A stretch of 64,000 nucleotides of DNA, taken from the NCBI GenBank assembly GCA_963666285.1, contig OY762711.1. One strand, given 5' to 3'. Below are positions 19,339-28,039 of this stretch, one piece after another. The translations under genes were made by a program, and so were the position numbers. This stretch comes from Sedimentisphaerales bacterium. Its GTDB lineage: Bacteria; Planctomycetota; Phycisphaerae; Sedimentisphaerales; SM23-30. Position 1 is the first letter of the stretch. Every line of letters begins with the position of its first letter. The notes beneath the pieces are model-generated. The model saw only the letters and a list, made by a program, of their open reading frames with translations. It made no database searches and was not told where the DNA came from.

Positions 19339-21267
19339 GTCGAGTAGGCATAATATGGTTCCTATCATATAGTTATATGTGAGGAACTTCAATACCCCTC
19401 ACAGAACCGGACTTGTGGCTTTCCCACATCCGGCTCTTCGGTTTAACTCACCTTACATGTGACATCCGTAAAAACTATGTACTATCCGCGGTTTCGGCAA
19501 CGGATAATGATTCAGGTACTCTGTAAACTTAGCCCAGTTCATCTTACGCTTCTGACTACGCCTGTTCAGCCATTTCTTTACCATCCTAAGTGTTAGTTTG
19601 TAAAACTTTATTATTCCTATAGAGTTCTCACTGACACCATAGTATTGATAATGGCCTCGCAGTTTGGCTTCCAGAACCTTCCACCATTCCTTTGTCTTGA
19701 ACTGGTTTCTTATATCTTTCAGCCAATCATTCATTTCCCGGCATTTGGTCTTAAACTTCTTGCTGCTGGTCTTACGACCCAGCTTAAAATTTCCTCTGCG
19801 GGATTTGTCACAATAATGCGTAAAACCCAAAAAATCGAACGTATTGGCCTTACGGCCTTGTTTTATAGCGTTTTCTCTCTCATACCGGCCAAAAGTCATA
19901 TTTCGGCTCTTAGTCGGATGAATTTCCAGCCCATATTTATTGAACCGGTTCTTCAACGTCTTTTCGATCTTTCGGGCATCTTCTTCGTAACGAACCACAC
20001 AAACAAAGTTGTCTGCATACCTCACCAATTCACAGTATCCTTTGACATGGCTCTTAACTGTCGTCTCAAACCATTCATCTAATACATAATGCAGGAATAT
20101 ATTGGCTAACATCGGGCTAAGAATACTGCCTTGCGGCGTACCTTTGTCTGACCTTACCAGTAAACCCTCATCAACATATCCGGCTTCAAGGAACTTCTCT
20201 ATTATGTTTAATAATGCCGTATCTGATATTCTTATGCGTATAAATTCCATAAGTTTATCATGCTCAACATTATCAAAGAAGCCCTTTATATCCGCTTCGA
20301 CTATATGGTTTACTGGTTGAAACATTATCAGGTCGTTGAGACTTTTCAATGCCTGATGACAGCTTCTTTTAGGTCGAAAGCCATACGAACAGTCTGAAAA
20401 ATCCTGTTCATATATACTTTCCAGTATCCACGTGATACCACGCTCTACTATCTTGTTTTCCAGAGCTGATATACCCAAAGGACGGGTTTCCCTGTCATTT
20501 TTGGGTATATAGACCCGTCTGGCTGGTTTGGGCTTAAACTTATTACGTTTGAGCTTTGTTACCAGTCGTTCCAGATTGGCTTCTAAGTCAACTCCATATT
20601 CCTGCCAGCTTACATCGTCTATTCCTACTGCCTTATTCCTGTTCAGGCTATTGTAGCAATACCGGAGATATTCAACATCAAGTAAATGAGCAAGGCTCGT
20701 AAACCTGAAGCTTCGGTCTCTTCGGGCATGACCGGCTATAAGAGACAACTTTGTCAATGTTTTGCCAATTTCAGTGTATTGCATTTCTAATTCTGTCTCT
20801 TTACATTAAACCGTCGGCTCCTTCGAGTGGGTTCTATTGCCCTCAGCAGGCATTACCCTGCTTACTCCTCTACTATGGGCCGATCCGACTGCCAATATGC
20901 CATACCGTCTCGTAACTTCTTCAGCTTCCTCGACAGCTTCCTTTTGGAACATATTGGCTCTCCCAAGTTCCAATGCAGTCAGTTCGTTTACCCGCTACGG
21001 ACTCAGACCCCGGCTCGCCGATATATACTCGCCTTATCTCGCATATACCAGTATTAGCTTCAGTGTTAAGAATCACCTGGCCCGGATGCGTTAATTTCTA
21101 ATTTCGGGGCTCAATACCTTCACTTACGTTGTAGCTGACAAACTCCTTTCCCGGGGCTTCGCACAGCTTGTTACCTCACTGCACGCCCGGTTCTGTAATG
21201 GGCCGGTGGCTAACCCTTACCCATGCCGGATTGGCCGGCTTGACTGCACCAGCTTACCTTGGCGCTC
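19339..21267 (-). mobile_element. Group II intron (endonuclease-minus IEP)
   Basis: 5' end GAGCGCCAAGGTAAGCTGGTGCAG at 21267; domain V GAGCCGGATGTGGGAAAGCCACAAGTCCGGTTC at about 19405-19437; domain VI ending ...CTACTCGAC at 19339. Confidence 0.88.
19453..20784 (-). CDS. ltrA: Group II intron reverse transcriptase/maturase (YADN variant)
   Basis: RPLGI, SYGFRP, ADIKGFFD, GTPQGSILSP, RYADNF, FDFLGF, maturase X domain (RGHYQYYG); no HNH domain. Confidence 0.95.
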   Translation of the reverse strand: MQYTEIGKTLTKLSLIAGHARRDRSFRFTSLAHLLDVEYLRYCYNSLNRNKAVGIDDVSWQEYGVDLEANLERLVTKLKRNKFKPKPARRVYIPKNDRETRPLGISALENKIVERGITWILESIYEQDFSDCSYGFRPKRSCHQALKSLNDLIMFQPVNHIVEADIKGFFDNVEHDKLMEFIRIRISDTALLNIIEKFLEAGYVDEGLLVRSDKGTPQGSILSPMLANIFLHYVLDEWFETTVKSHVKGYCELVRYADNFVCVVRYEEDARKIEKTLKNRFNKYGLEIHPTKSRNMTFGRYERENAIKQGRKANTFDFLGFTHYCDKSRRGNFKLGRKTSSKKFKTKCREMNDWLKDIRNQFKTKEWWKVLEAKLRGHYQYYGVSENSIGIIKFYKLTLRMVKKWLNRRSQKRKMNWAKFTEYLNHYPLPKPRIVHSFYGCHM

Positions 21268-21433
21268 TCATAATTCAGCATTCATAATTCATAATTTAAA
21301 CTTCTTCCTCCTCGCTACTCTCTTCTAACTCTTCTTATTAGTGTCTATTGGTGTTTATTCGTGAAAATATGAAGAAAAGGCATCCTAAGGTATAATATAT
21401 ACCAAAACAAACTTTTATACGAAAGGATGCCTC

Positions 21434-22465
21434 ATGAACAACATACATTATATTGGAACAGATTTGCATAGCAACAATATTGAGCTGGCAATTCGTTACA
21501 GGCAGAAGGTAATCCAGAGATATTCTCTGCCGACATCGTTGCCTCCTGTTTTGGAGGTTATAAGCTCCATCAAAGGCAAAAAACAGATGGCAGTAGAGGA
21601 AGGCCCCATGGCAGGCTGGCTTTATCGCGGCGTATTTGGCAAAGTTGACAGGTTTGTAATCGCAGAACCTCGCCGTAACAAGCTGATAAGCTCAGAAGGC
21701 GATCATGATGATGAAATTGATTCTGCAAAACTTGCAATGCTGCTGGAAGGAGGCCTTTTGAAGGAAGTTTATCATCCTCTAAATAGAGAGCAAGCGGTAT
21801 TTAAAAAGTGGGTAACTCTTTACCATGACAATGTTAAGGATGCAGTAAGAAGTATTAACAAAATCAGAGCCTGTTGTCGTATGGAAGCCATAAGAATACC
21901 CAGATATGTAATAAAAAACCCTGACAAACGTGACAAATGGCTTTCGGAGCTTGAATATACAGACATTGCCGAGCAATTAATGTTGCTGCTTATCGGCTAC
22001 GATGCAGCTTCCTGCCAGTGTAGACTTGCCAGGCAAAAAATCATGACTCTAAGTAAATCTTATCCGGTAATTAAGCAATTTCAGGAGCTGCCCGGAGTTG
22101 GCATAATACGAGCAGTAACCTTCCTGGCATATATCGATACGCCATGGAGGTTTAAGAAAAAAAGTCAATTATGGAAATATTGCGGCATTGGACTTGAACG
22201 TACAACCAGCGGCAAAGACAAATATGGCAACTCAAAACCGGCAAAACTTAAATTGCCTTACAACTGTAATCGCACTCTTAAAAATGTAATAATTGGTGCC
22301 GCTTTAAGTGCTATCAGGCAAAAGAATAGTACATATGCCCAGGATTATGAAAGGATGATCTCAAATGGTGTAAATAGATCAAATGCTCGCCATACCGTTG
22401 CCAGGAAAATACTGACAACTATGTGGGGGATTTGGAAAAGCAGCTTTCAGTATAATACGGATTAA
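21434..22465 (+). CDS. IS110-family DEDD recombinase (transposase)
   Basis: IGTD, VEEG and HDDEID RuvC-like acidic residues; LPGVG; TTSGK serine motif; ARK near the C-terminus. Confidence 0.93.
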   Translation: MNNIHYIGTDLHSNNIELAIRYRQKVIQRYSLPTSLPPVLEVISSIKGKKQMAVEEGPMAGWLYRGVFGKVDRFVIAEPRRNKLISSEGDHDDEIDSAKLAMLLEGGLLKEVYHPLNREQAVFKKWVTLYHDNVKDAVRSINKIRACCRMEAIRIPRYVIKNPDKRDKWLSELEYTDIAEQLMLLLIGYDAASCQCRLARQKIMTLSKSYPVIKQFQELPGVGIIRAVTFLAYIDTPWRFKKKSQLWKYCGIGLERTTSGKDKYGNSKPAKLKLPYNCNRTLKNVIIGAALSAIRQKNSTYAQDYERMISNGVNRSNARHTVARKILTTMWGIWKSSFQYNTD

Positions 22466-22519
22466 GATATCGTAATTTATACTCTTTCAAAATATTATGA
22501 TTTTCTAATAGTCTTTTTG

Positions 22520-22670
22520 CATAACAGCAAAGAGTTCCGTTTCAACCACTGGACAGGCAAGAACTTGAACCCGATTCGTGAATGAACCTTTGCTTTTAGA
22601 CGTGCCTCTTTTCTTTTTATGAACTGCCCAAAGGGCATGTTCCCAATAGATGGTTGGCAGCATAATTTAA
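22520..22670 (+). ncRNA. Putative bridge/seek RNA of the IS1111-type element
   Basis: Two stem-loops (AGCAAAG/CTTTGCT and TTATG..CTGCC/GGCAGCATAA) carrying AACCAC, ATTCGTG and ATAGATG, which match the flanking target and the element end. RNA ends are not determined. Confidence 0.7.
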
Positions 22671-23904
22671 TTTACGGCTATACACAATTTTATAAAAGAA
22701 TTGACCGAACAGAAAATTGTAGTTATTGAAAAAATCGCAAAATTACAAAAAAGATATCTATGACATGTACCTGCTGATGCAATAACTTACAACAAACGTA
22801 TGGATGCCCTCAAAGTAATTCATTCGAATTAGAAATTTTTTAACTTGACTTTGAGTTCTTCATAGATGGTTTAGCTCTTAGCCCGCCGCAGCCGATTTAA
22901 AACAGGTCGCGTCAGCGAATTATTCCTGATGTCAACGTACATCATGGCACCACCTTTACACATTTCTTAAAATCCACAGTTCAAAATCATCGAGAGCAAC
23001 AAAAAATAATTAACAGAAATTCCATCCAGAACCTTGATAATAATCCATCCACTCCCAAACTTCAACCCCTATTTCCAACCTCCCCTCTCACCTCTACATT
23101 TTACTTCTCCTGTCCAACTGATCTGCCCTAACCTCTAGCAACTACTCCCTCCCTCTTTGCCAACAATTTTGTTGGCAACAGATTTGTTGGCATTTAAACT
23201 TCTCTCTTCTCGCTTCTTTCTTCTAACTCTTCTCATCCTTCAGGTACCGCAATTCTGAAATAAACTTCCCTCACACATCACCTTTAAATTAAGGTCCCGA
23301 TGCACATCGGGACAACCTTCTTTACTCTTTTTATTTTACACTTTACTCTTTGATGCCGCTCCGCGGCATCTGGACTGCCCAATAATTCCCGATCCTTATT
23401 TCCAGCTAAACAAACGCATTTTAATCTTTATTTCATACCCCCTTCCGCGCCCCCTCCGCGCTCGTTCTCAGCCCGCCGTAAGCTTCCGCGCGGCCTCCGT
23501 TGCCCGCAATTGCCCGGCGTTTAACGCCGTAAAATCGACTTTGGTACCACCTGCCGCCAATCCACCCCAAATCTTACAATCTATTGCACACATATTTTCC
23601 CATACTTCTGCCTCCAATTTCTTCACCGCCGGCCAATTAATAGTATCGGCGAAGCCGTTTAAAATTAAGTTGCCTGGCACACCTTTCCTTATGCCATATC
23701 CCATATGCCTTATGCCTGTTTTTCACTTTTCAAGTAAAAATACAAAAAAACAGTTGAGTTTTGTATTTTGCTTCCGCTAATATATTTATGGAAGCTAACC
23801 GATTCTTACTTTTTCCATAAAATCGCAAATAGCTGACAAACAACGCTTTATAGAAATAACTAAACAGACCGAAAACCAGGTAATACTAGCTAAGGGGACC
23901 CATT

Positions 23905-24855
23905 ATGGGCAAAATATACGACAATAACGGATTTACTATTGGCAATACTCCTCTGGTGCGAATCAACAAACTAGGCACCGGCAACGCCACGATTCTCGCT
24001 AAAATCGAAGCTCGCAACCCGGCCTTCTCCGTTAAATGTCGTATCGGCGTCGCTATGATCGATTACGGCCTGGAACAGGGCCTGCTAAAACCAGGCATAG
24101 AGATCATCGAACCCACCAGCGGCAACACCGGCATCGCGCTCGCATTTGCTGGCGCAGCAAGGGGTTACAAAGTTAACCTCACCATGCCCGAGACCATGAG
24201 CATCGAACGTCGCAAGGTTCTCGCCGCTCTCGGCGCCAACCTCATACTCACCGACGGCACGCTAGGCATGTCCGGAGCTATCAACAAAGCCGAGGAAATC
24301 GCCAACGCCGAACCCGGTAAGTACTATATTCCACAACAGTTTAAGAACCCGGCCAACCCGGCCATACATCGCAAAACCACCGGACCCGAAATCTTCAACG
24401 ATACCGACGGCAAAGTTGACGCCGTCATCGCAGGCGTCGGAACCGGCGGCACAATATCTGGCATCGGCAACTTCCTAAAAAACGATAAGTCGCTGCCAGT
24501 TAAGATGATAGCGGTCGAACCGGCCACATCGCCGGTCATCACCCAAAAGCTCGCCGAACAGGAACTAGCACCCGGCCCGCACAAAATCCAGGGCATCGGC
24601 GCCGGCTTTATCCCCGAAAACCTCGACCTCGATATACTTGACCAGGTCGAACTCGTCTCCGACGACGACGCTATAGCTACCGCCCGCAGACTCGCAAACG
24701 AAGAAGGTATACTCGCCGGCATCTCATGCGGAGCTGCTATGACCGCCGCTCTCAGACTCGAAGCCAGTCCGGAATACGCCGGCAAAACGATCGTCGTTAT
24801 ACTGCCCGACAGCGGAGAAAGGTATCTGTCAACAGCACTCTATCAAACGATATAA
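23905..24855 (+). CDS. cysK: Cysteine synthase A
   Basis: IGNTPLV, SVKCRIG (PLP lysine), [31 protein letters not shown]. Confidence 0.97.
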   Translation: MGKIYDNNGFTIGNTPLVRINKLGTGNATILAKIEARNPAFSVKCRIGVAMIDYGLEQGLLKPGIEIIEPTSGNTGIALAFAGAARGYKVNLTMPETMSIERRKVLAALGANLILTDGTLGMSGAINKAEEIANAEPGKYYIPQQFKNPANPAIHRKTTGPEIFNDTDGKVDAVIAGVGTGGTISGIGNFLKNDKSLPVKMIAVEPATSPVITQKLAEQELAPGPHKIQGIGAGFIPENLDLDILDQVELVSDDDAIATARRLANEEGILAGISCGAAMTAALRLEASPEYAGKTIVVILPDSGERYLSTALYQTI

Positions 24856-24960
24856 CAATAACTTATAACAATTTATAGCAAAATAACTTTAGGTATCCTC
24901 TGCAAATTACCTTAAACGTTATTTTCATTTCAAGACTCCTTATAACTAACAACTATAGAA

Positions 24961-24992
24961 AACGGCAAGAGCTCAAACGGGCTTTTGCCGTT
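24961..24992 (+). terminator. Hairpin downstream of cysK, probable terminator
   Basis: AACGGCAAGAGCTC...GGGCTTTTGCCGTT inverted repeat. Confidence 0.55.
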
Positions 24993-25171
24993 ATCTGTTT
25001 TAAATTTCATTAAATATTTAACCTCTCATATTCCGATAACTAATAAGTCTGAAAGTATATGACTATACTCAGGCATATTTAAGTTACTATATCAAAAGTA
25101 TTTAAAATTAACACGAGCGTAAGCGAGTACCTCAACTATTAGTTATAAGCTATTAGTTTTTGACTGTTAAA

Positions 25172-27010
25172 ATGAGCCAGGCACAGATAATATATGATTT
25201 TCTAGCCCAGAGCGGCAACCCAGCCGCTGACGAGCTGCTGAATCTGGCATTGAAGATGTCTGATGAGCCCTACAAAAGCGCCATTTTCGAAACTATCATT
25301 GATCGTGGCCGCTCACGCTCTTCAGCCGATATCATCAGCCATTTCCACCATATGGACAAAGCCCGTCAGGCACTAATCGTCCAGCGTGCGGCTGACCTCT
25401 ATGCTCCTATCGGACAGGCACTTACAGCAAACGACGATCAGGCCCGCAAAAACGCGATTGAGATCATCAGCCGCAGCCGCGACTGCCGATTGGGCGAAGC
25501 GCTCGTACTCATGCTCAAAAGCGGCATCTTCCAGCTGGCCGCGAAGGCCGCGAAAATTCTCGCCGAAATGGTAGATGATTTCGTTGCCGAAAACCCATTC
25601 TGGTACCTCGACAACCGAAATAACATCAATTATCAATATGATACCGAACTCGGCAGTCGCAGGTCCGCCCATACCCTAAAACCAAAGGACAAACGCCAGT
25701 ATCTGCTTACCGCTCTGAAAGAAGCCATGGATGTATATAACCTGCACCAGCGATCGGAGCTTATCCCGGCCGCTATGATGATAACCGGCGCCGGTGACGA
25801 AGTATTCTGGAAATTCAGCAATACGGTAACCACCCCGCTTACAGAAAGCGTTATCAACATTGTCGGACATGACCGCCGGGCGAAAATGGCTTATTTTATC
25901 TGTAGCTCCTTGAAAATAACAAGGTTACGTACAATGGCCATCAGCAACATAGGCGGCAAGCATGACATCGATTTCATTTCGGCACTGGCAACTTCATATA
26001 GTATCCTCAAGAAAGACAGTGAAATTGTCAAACGCATGAAAGGCGTAAAAACGCCGCAATGGCTCAATATCGAGACTGTTTCTTTAAGCGAAGTCAGCAA
26101 AGAACAGCAGAAATTATTGATCGACCTTATCGACGCAACTGGTGCTGATCCAACGGTTAAAGCCACCTGGGCCTATAATTCTATGCCCTATGTGCATCTG
26201 CACTATATCTTCCCGCTGATAGGCATAATTGCCAATCCTAAAAACAAAATCGCGGTCGATATGCTCAAAAATATCAATATGTCATCTAATGAAGACATTG
26301 CCTTTGAATCGCTAAAGCATCTGATATTCCTCAAACCACCGGAACTACTAACCGTAGTAGGCCGAAATCTGAAGAGTCCGCATGTAAAGGTCAGGGAACT
26401 GGCGACCAGGGTATACCAAAAAGGCGCTTTTGACCTGTTCTGGAAGAAATTCGAGCGGCTTGAACCTGGATCTAAGCAAAAAGCGGCAAGAGCGATTTTT
26501 AAGCTTACCGAGGAAAATCATCAGCGATGGGAACAGCAGGCATCAAATCATGATCCTGCCATCAGACTTAAAGCGCTTAAAGTCTTGCAATCAGCGGGTT
26601 TGCAAGAAGATCACATCGAATCGCTGCTGAACATGATAAGTGATCGTGATCCATTTGTCCGGTCACTGGCGATATCGCTGATCGGTCAGACCGGTGAGCT
26701 GCACGAACATGCCGAGGAAGTTCTACTGGCAGCAACCAACGACCGGGACCCTCGGGTGCTGGCAAATGCTATCGAAGGGCTGGACTTCATCCACTCTAAA
26801 CGTGCTGTTGACATAGCTTTACAACACACTGAAAGCAATATTCCCAGGGTTCGGGCCAATGCCATTCGTGTCTTGATACATAACCAGGTAGAAAACGCGT
26901 GGATATTCTTTAAGAATATGCTGGGTGATAAGCGACCCGGGCATAAAAAGAGTGCCAGGTGGCTGCTGGAGAAATCCGGGCTTACTAAGACATCAAGCAA
27001 GAAGAAATAG
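25172..27010 (+). CDS. HEAT-repeat protein
   Basis: C-terminal repeats DPAIRLKAL, DRDPFVRSLAI, DRDPRVLANAIE, PRVRANAI; alternative TTG start at 25160. Confidence 0.85.
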   Translation: MSQAQIIYDFLAQSGNPAADELLNLALKMSDEPYKSAIFETIIDRGRSRSSADIISHFHHMDKARQALIVQRAADLYAPIGQALTANDDQARKNAIEIISRSRDCRLGEALVLMLKSGIFQLAAKAAKILAEMVDDFVAENPFWYLDNRNNINYQYDTELGSRRSAHTLKPKDKRQYLLTALKEAMDVYNLHQRSELIPAAMMITGAGDEVFWKFSNTVTTPLTESVINIVGHDRRAKMAYFICSSLKITRLRTMAISNIGGKHDIDFISALATSYSILKKDSEIVKRMKGVKTPQWLNIETVSLSEVSKEQQKLLIDLIDATGADPTVKATWAYNSMPYVHLHYIFPLIGIIANPKNKIAVDMLKNINMSSNEDIAFESLKHLIFLKPPELLTVVGRNLKSPHVKVRELATRVYQKGAFDLFWKKFERLEPGSKQKAARAIFKLTEENHQRWEQQASNHDPAIRLKALKVLQSAGLQEDHIESLLNMISDRDPFVRSLAISLIGQTGELHEHAEEVLLAATNDRDPRVLANAIEGLDFIHSKRAVDIALQHTESNIPRVRANAIRVLIHNQVENAWIFFKNMLGDKRPGHKKSARWLLEKSGLTKTSSKKK

Positions 27011-27070
27011 CAATTTCTCTTAAATCTATATAAAACAGTAGATTAGAGCTATAATAACCATTCTTTTGTT

Positions 27071-27649
27071 TTGGAATCCTTATTCAAACCTGTATTGATG
27101 AAACTTATTAATAAGATACAATTTATAAGTGTAAGTGATTGCATTACAGATCATTACAGCTATTGCACGGTACCAGGTAAACAGTTATCAGTCGGGATTG
27201 TTTTTTATGATGATATCGTAATGCGGGTATTAGTTGGCAATACCATTACCGAGGTAAATCGACAGGTCAAACAGGAATACAAAAGAGTGGCAAAGAGCAG
27301 TAAAGTACCGTATAAATTAGATTTACAGATAGTAAAATACCTGTCAGGTGAACCGATCGCATTTGAATGCAAGGCAGCATTGTGGACAAATGGTTTCACA
27401 GCCAGAGTAATCAACAAATGCAGCAAGGTGCCCTACGGCGAGGTATTGACCTATAGCGGACTGGCAGCGAAGGCCGGAAACGGTCAAGCGGCACGTGCCG
27501 CCGGAACGGCGATGCGAAACAACCGCTGCCCGCTTCTAGTGCCTTGCCACCGGGTGATAAAGGCCAACGGCGAGCCGGGGAGATACTCCGCCGGGTCAGG
27601 GACGGCAACAAAGGTTATGCTGTTAGATATGGAAAAAAGTAATACCTGA
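27071..27649 (+). CDS. ogt: Methylated-DNA-protein-cysteine methyltransferase
   Basis: VPYGEVLTY, ARAAG, active site VPCHRVI; start uncertain. Confidence 0.9.
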   Translation: MESLFKPVLMKLINKIQFISVSDCITDHYSYCTVPGKQLSVGIVFYDDIVMRVLVGNTITEVNRQVKQEYKRVAKSSKVPYKLDLQIVKYLSGEPIAFECKAALWTNGFTARVINKCSKVPYGEVLTYSGLAAKAGNGQAARAAGTAMRNNRCPLLVPCHRVIKANGEPGRYSAGSGTATKVMLLDMEKSNT

Positions 27650-28039
27650 TAGTCCTAAACGATAACGAAACCTGTACCGCAGCAGAGACAATTGCAGAAA
27701 TATACTGCCGGGCAGTAAACGGGCAATGAATACCATGCTGCTAACGGTGCAAAAGTGTTATCCCGCGAGGAGCTGAAAAGACCAACGGAGGTGGCGCGGA
27801 CGCCAACGGAGAGGCAGCAAATGAGCGTCATATAGGCCAAATTTCACAAAAACCAGTCGTGGTGCTACCAGATACGCACAGTTCTATATTTAACCAATAC
27901 TCATTTATACATAAAAAAACACATATGCCTACTGAATTACAAAGAAAAACTCCATCAGGTCGGGCAGACCAAATGGAGTTTAGATAGATAGTAAGACACT
28001 CGTTTTAATATTTCAAATATTCAACATCCTTACTAGATA

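Larger units (their letters stand above)
21364..22868 (+). mobile_element. IS110-family element, IS1111 subgroup
   Basis: Sub-terminal inverted repeats TATGAAGAA (21368-21376) and TTCTTCATA (22856-22864); TG core at 21362-21363 and 22867-22868; long noncoding region downstream of the recombinase gene. Confidence 0.85.

Noticed and set aside
15431..20784. Diversity-generating retroelement (RT plus Avd-like remnant plus repeat-bearing target)
   Set aside because: The RT has group II intron motifs and sits inside a recognisable intron with domains V and VI. I saw no template/variable repeat pair with adenine-specific mismatches.
19453..20784. Retron or defence RT partnered with TPR-MBL
   Set aside because: The maturase domain and intron boundaries explain the RT; adjacency is consistent with an intergenic insertion.
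23468..23780. Small overlapping ORFs upstream of cysK
   Set aside because: No recognisable motif or convincing RBS; may be a decayed fragment.
2108..25127. Integron attC array
   Set aside because: No RYYYAAC...GTTRRRY bounded palindromes and no integron integrase were seen; many sites lie inside a core T2SS operon.
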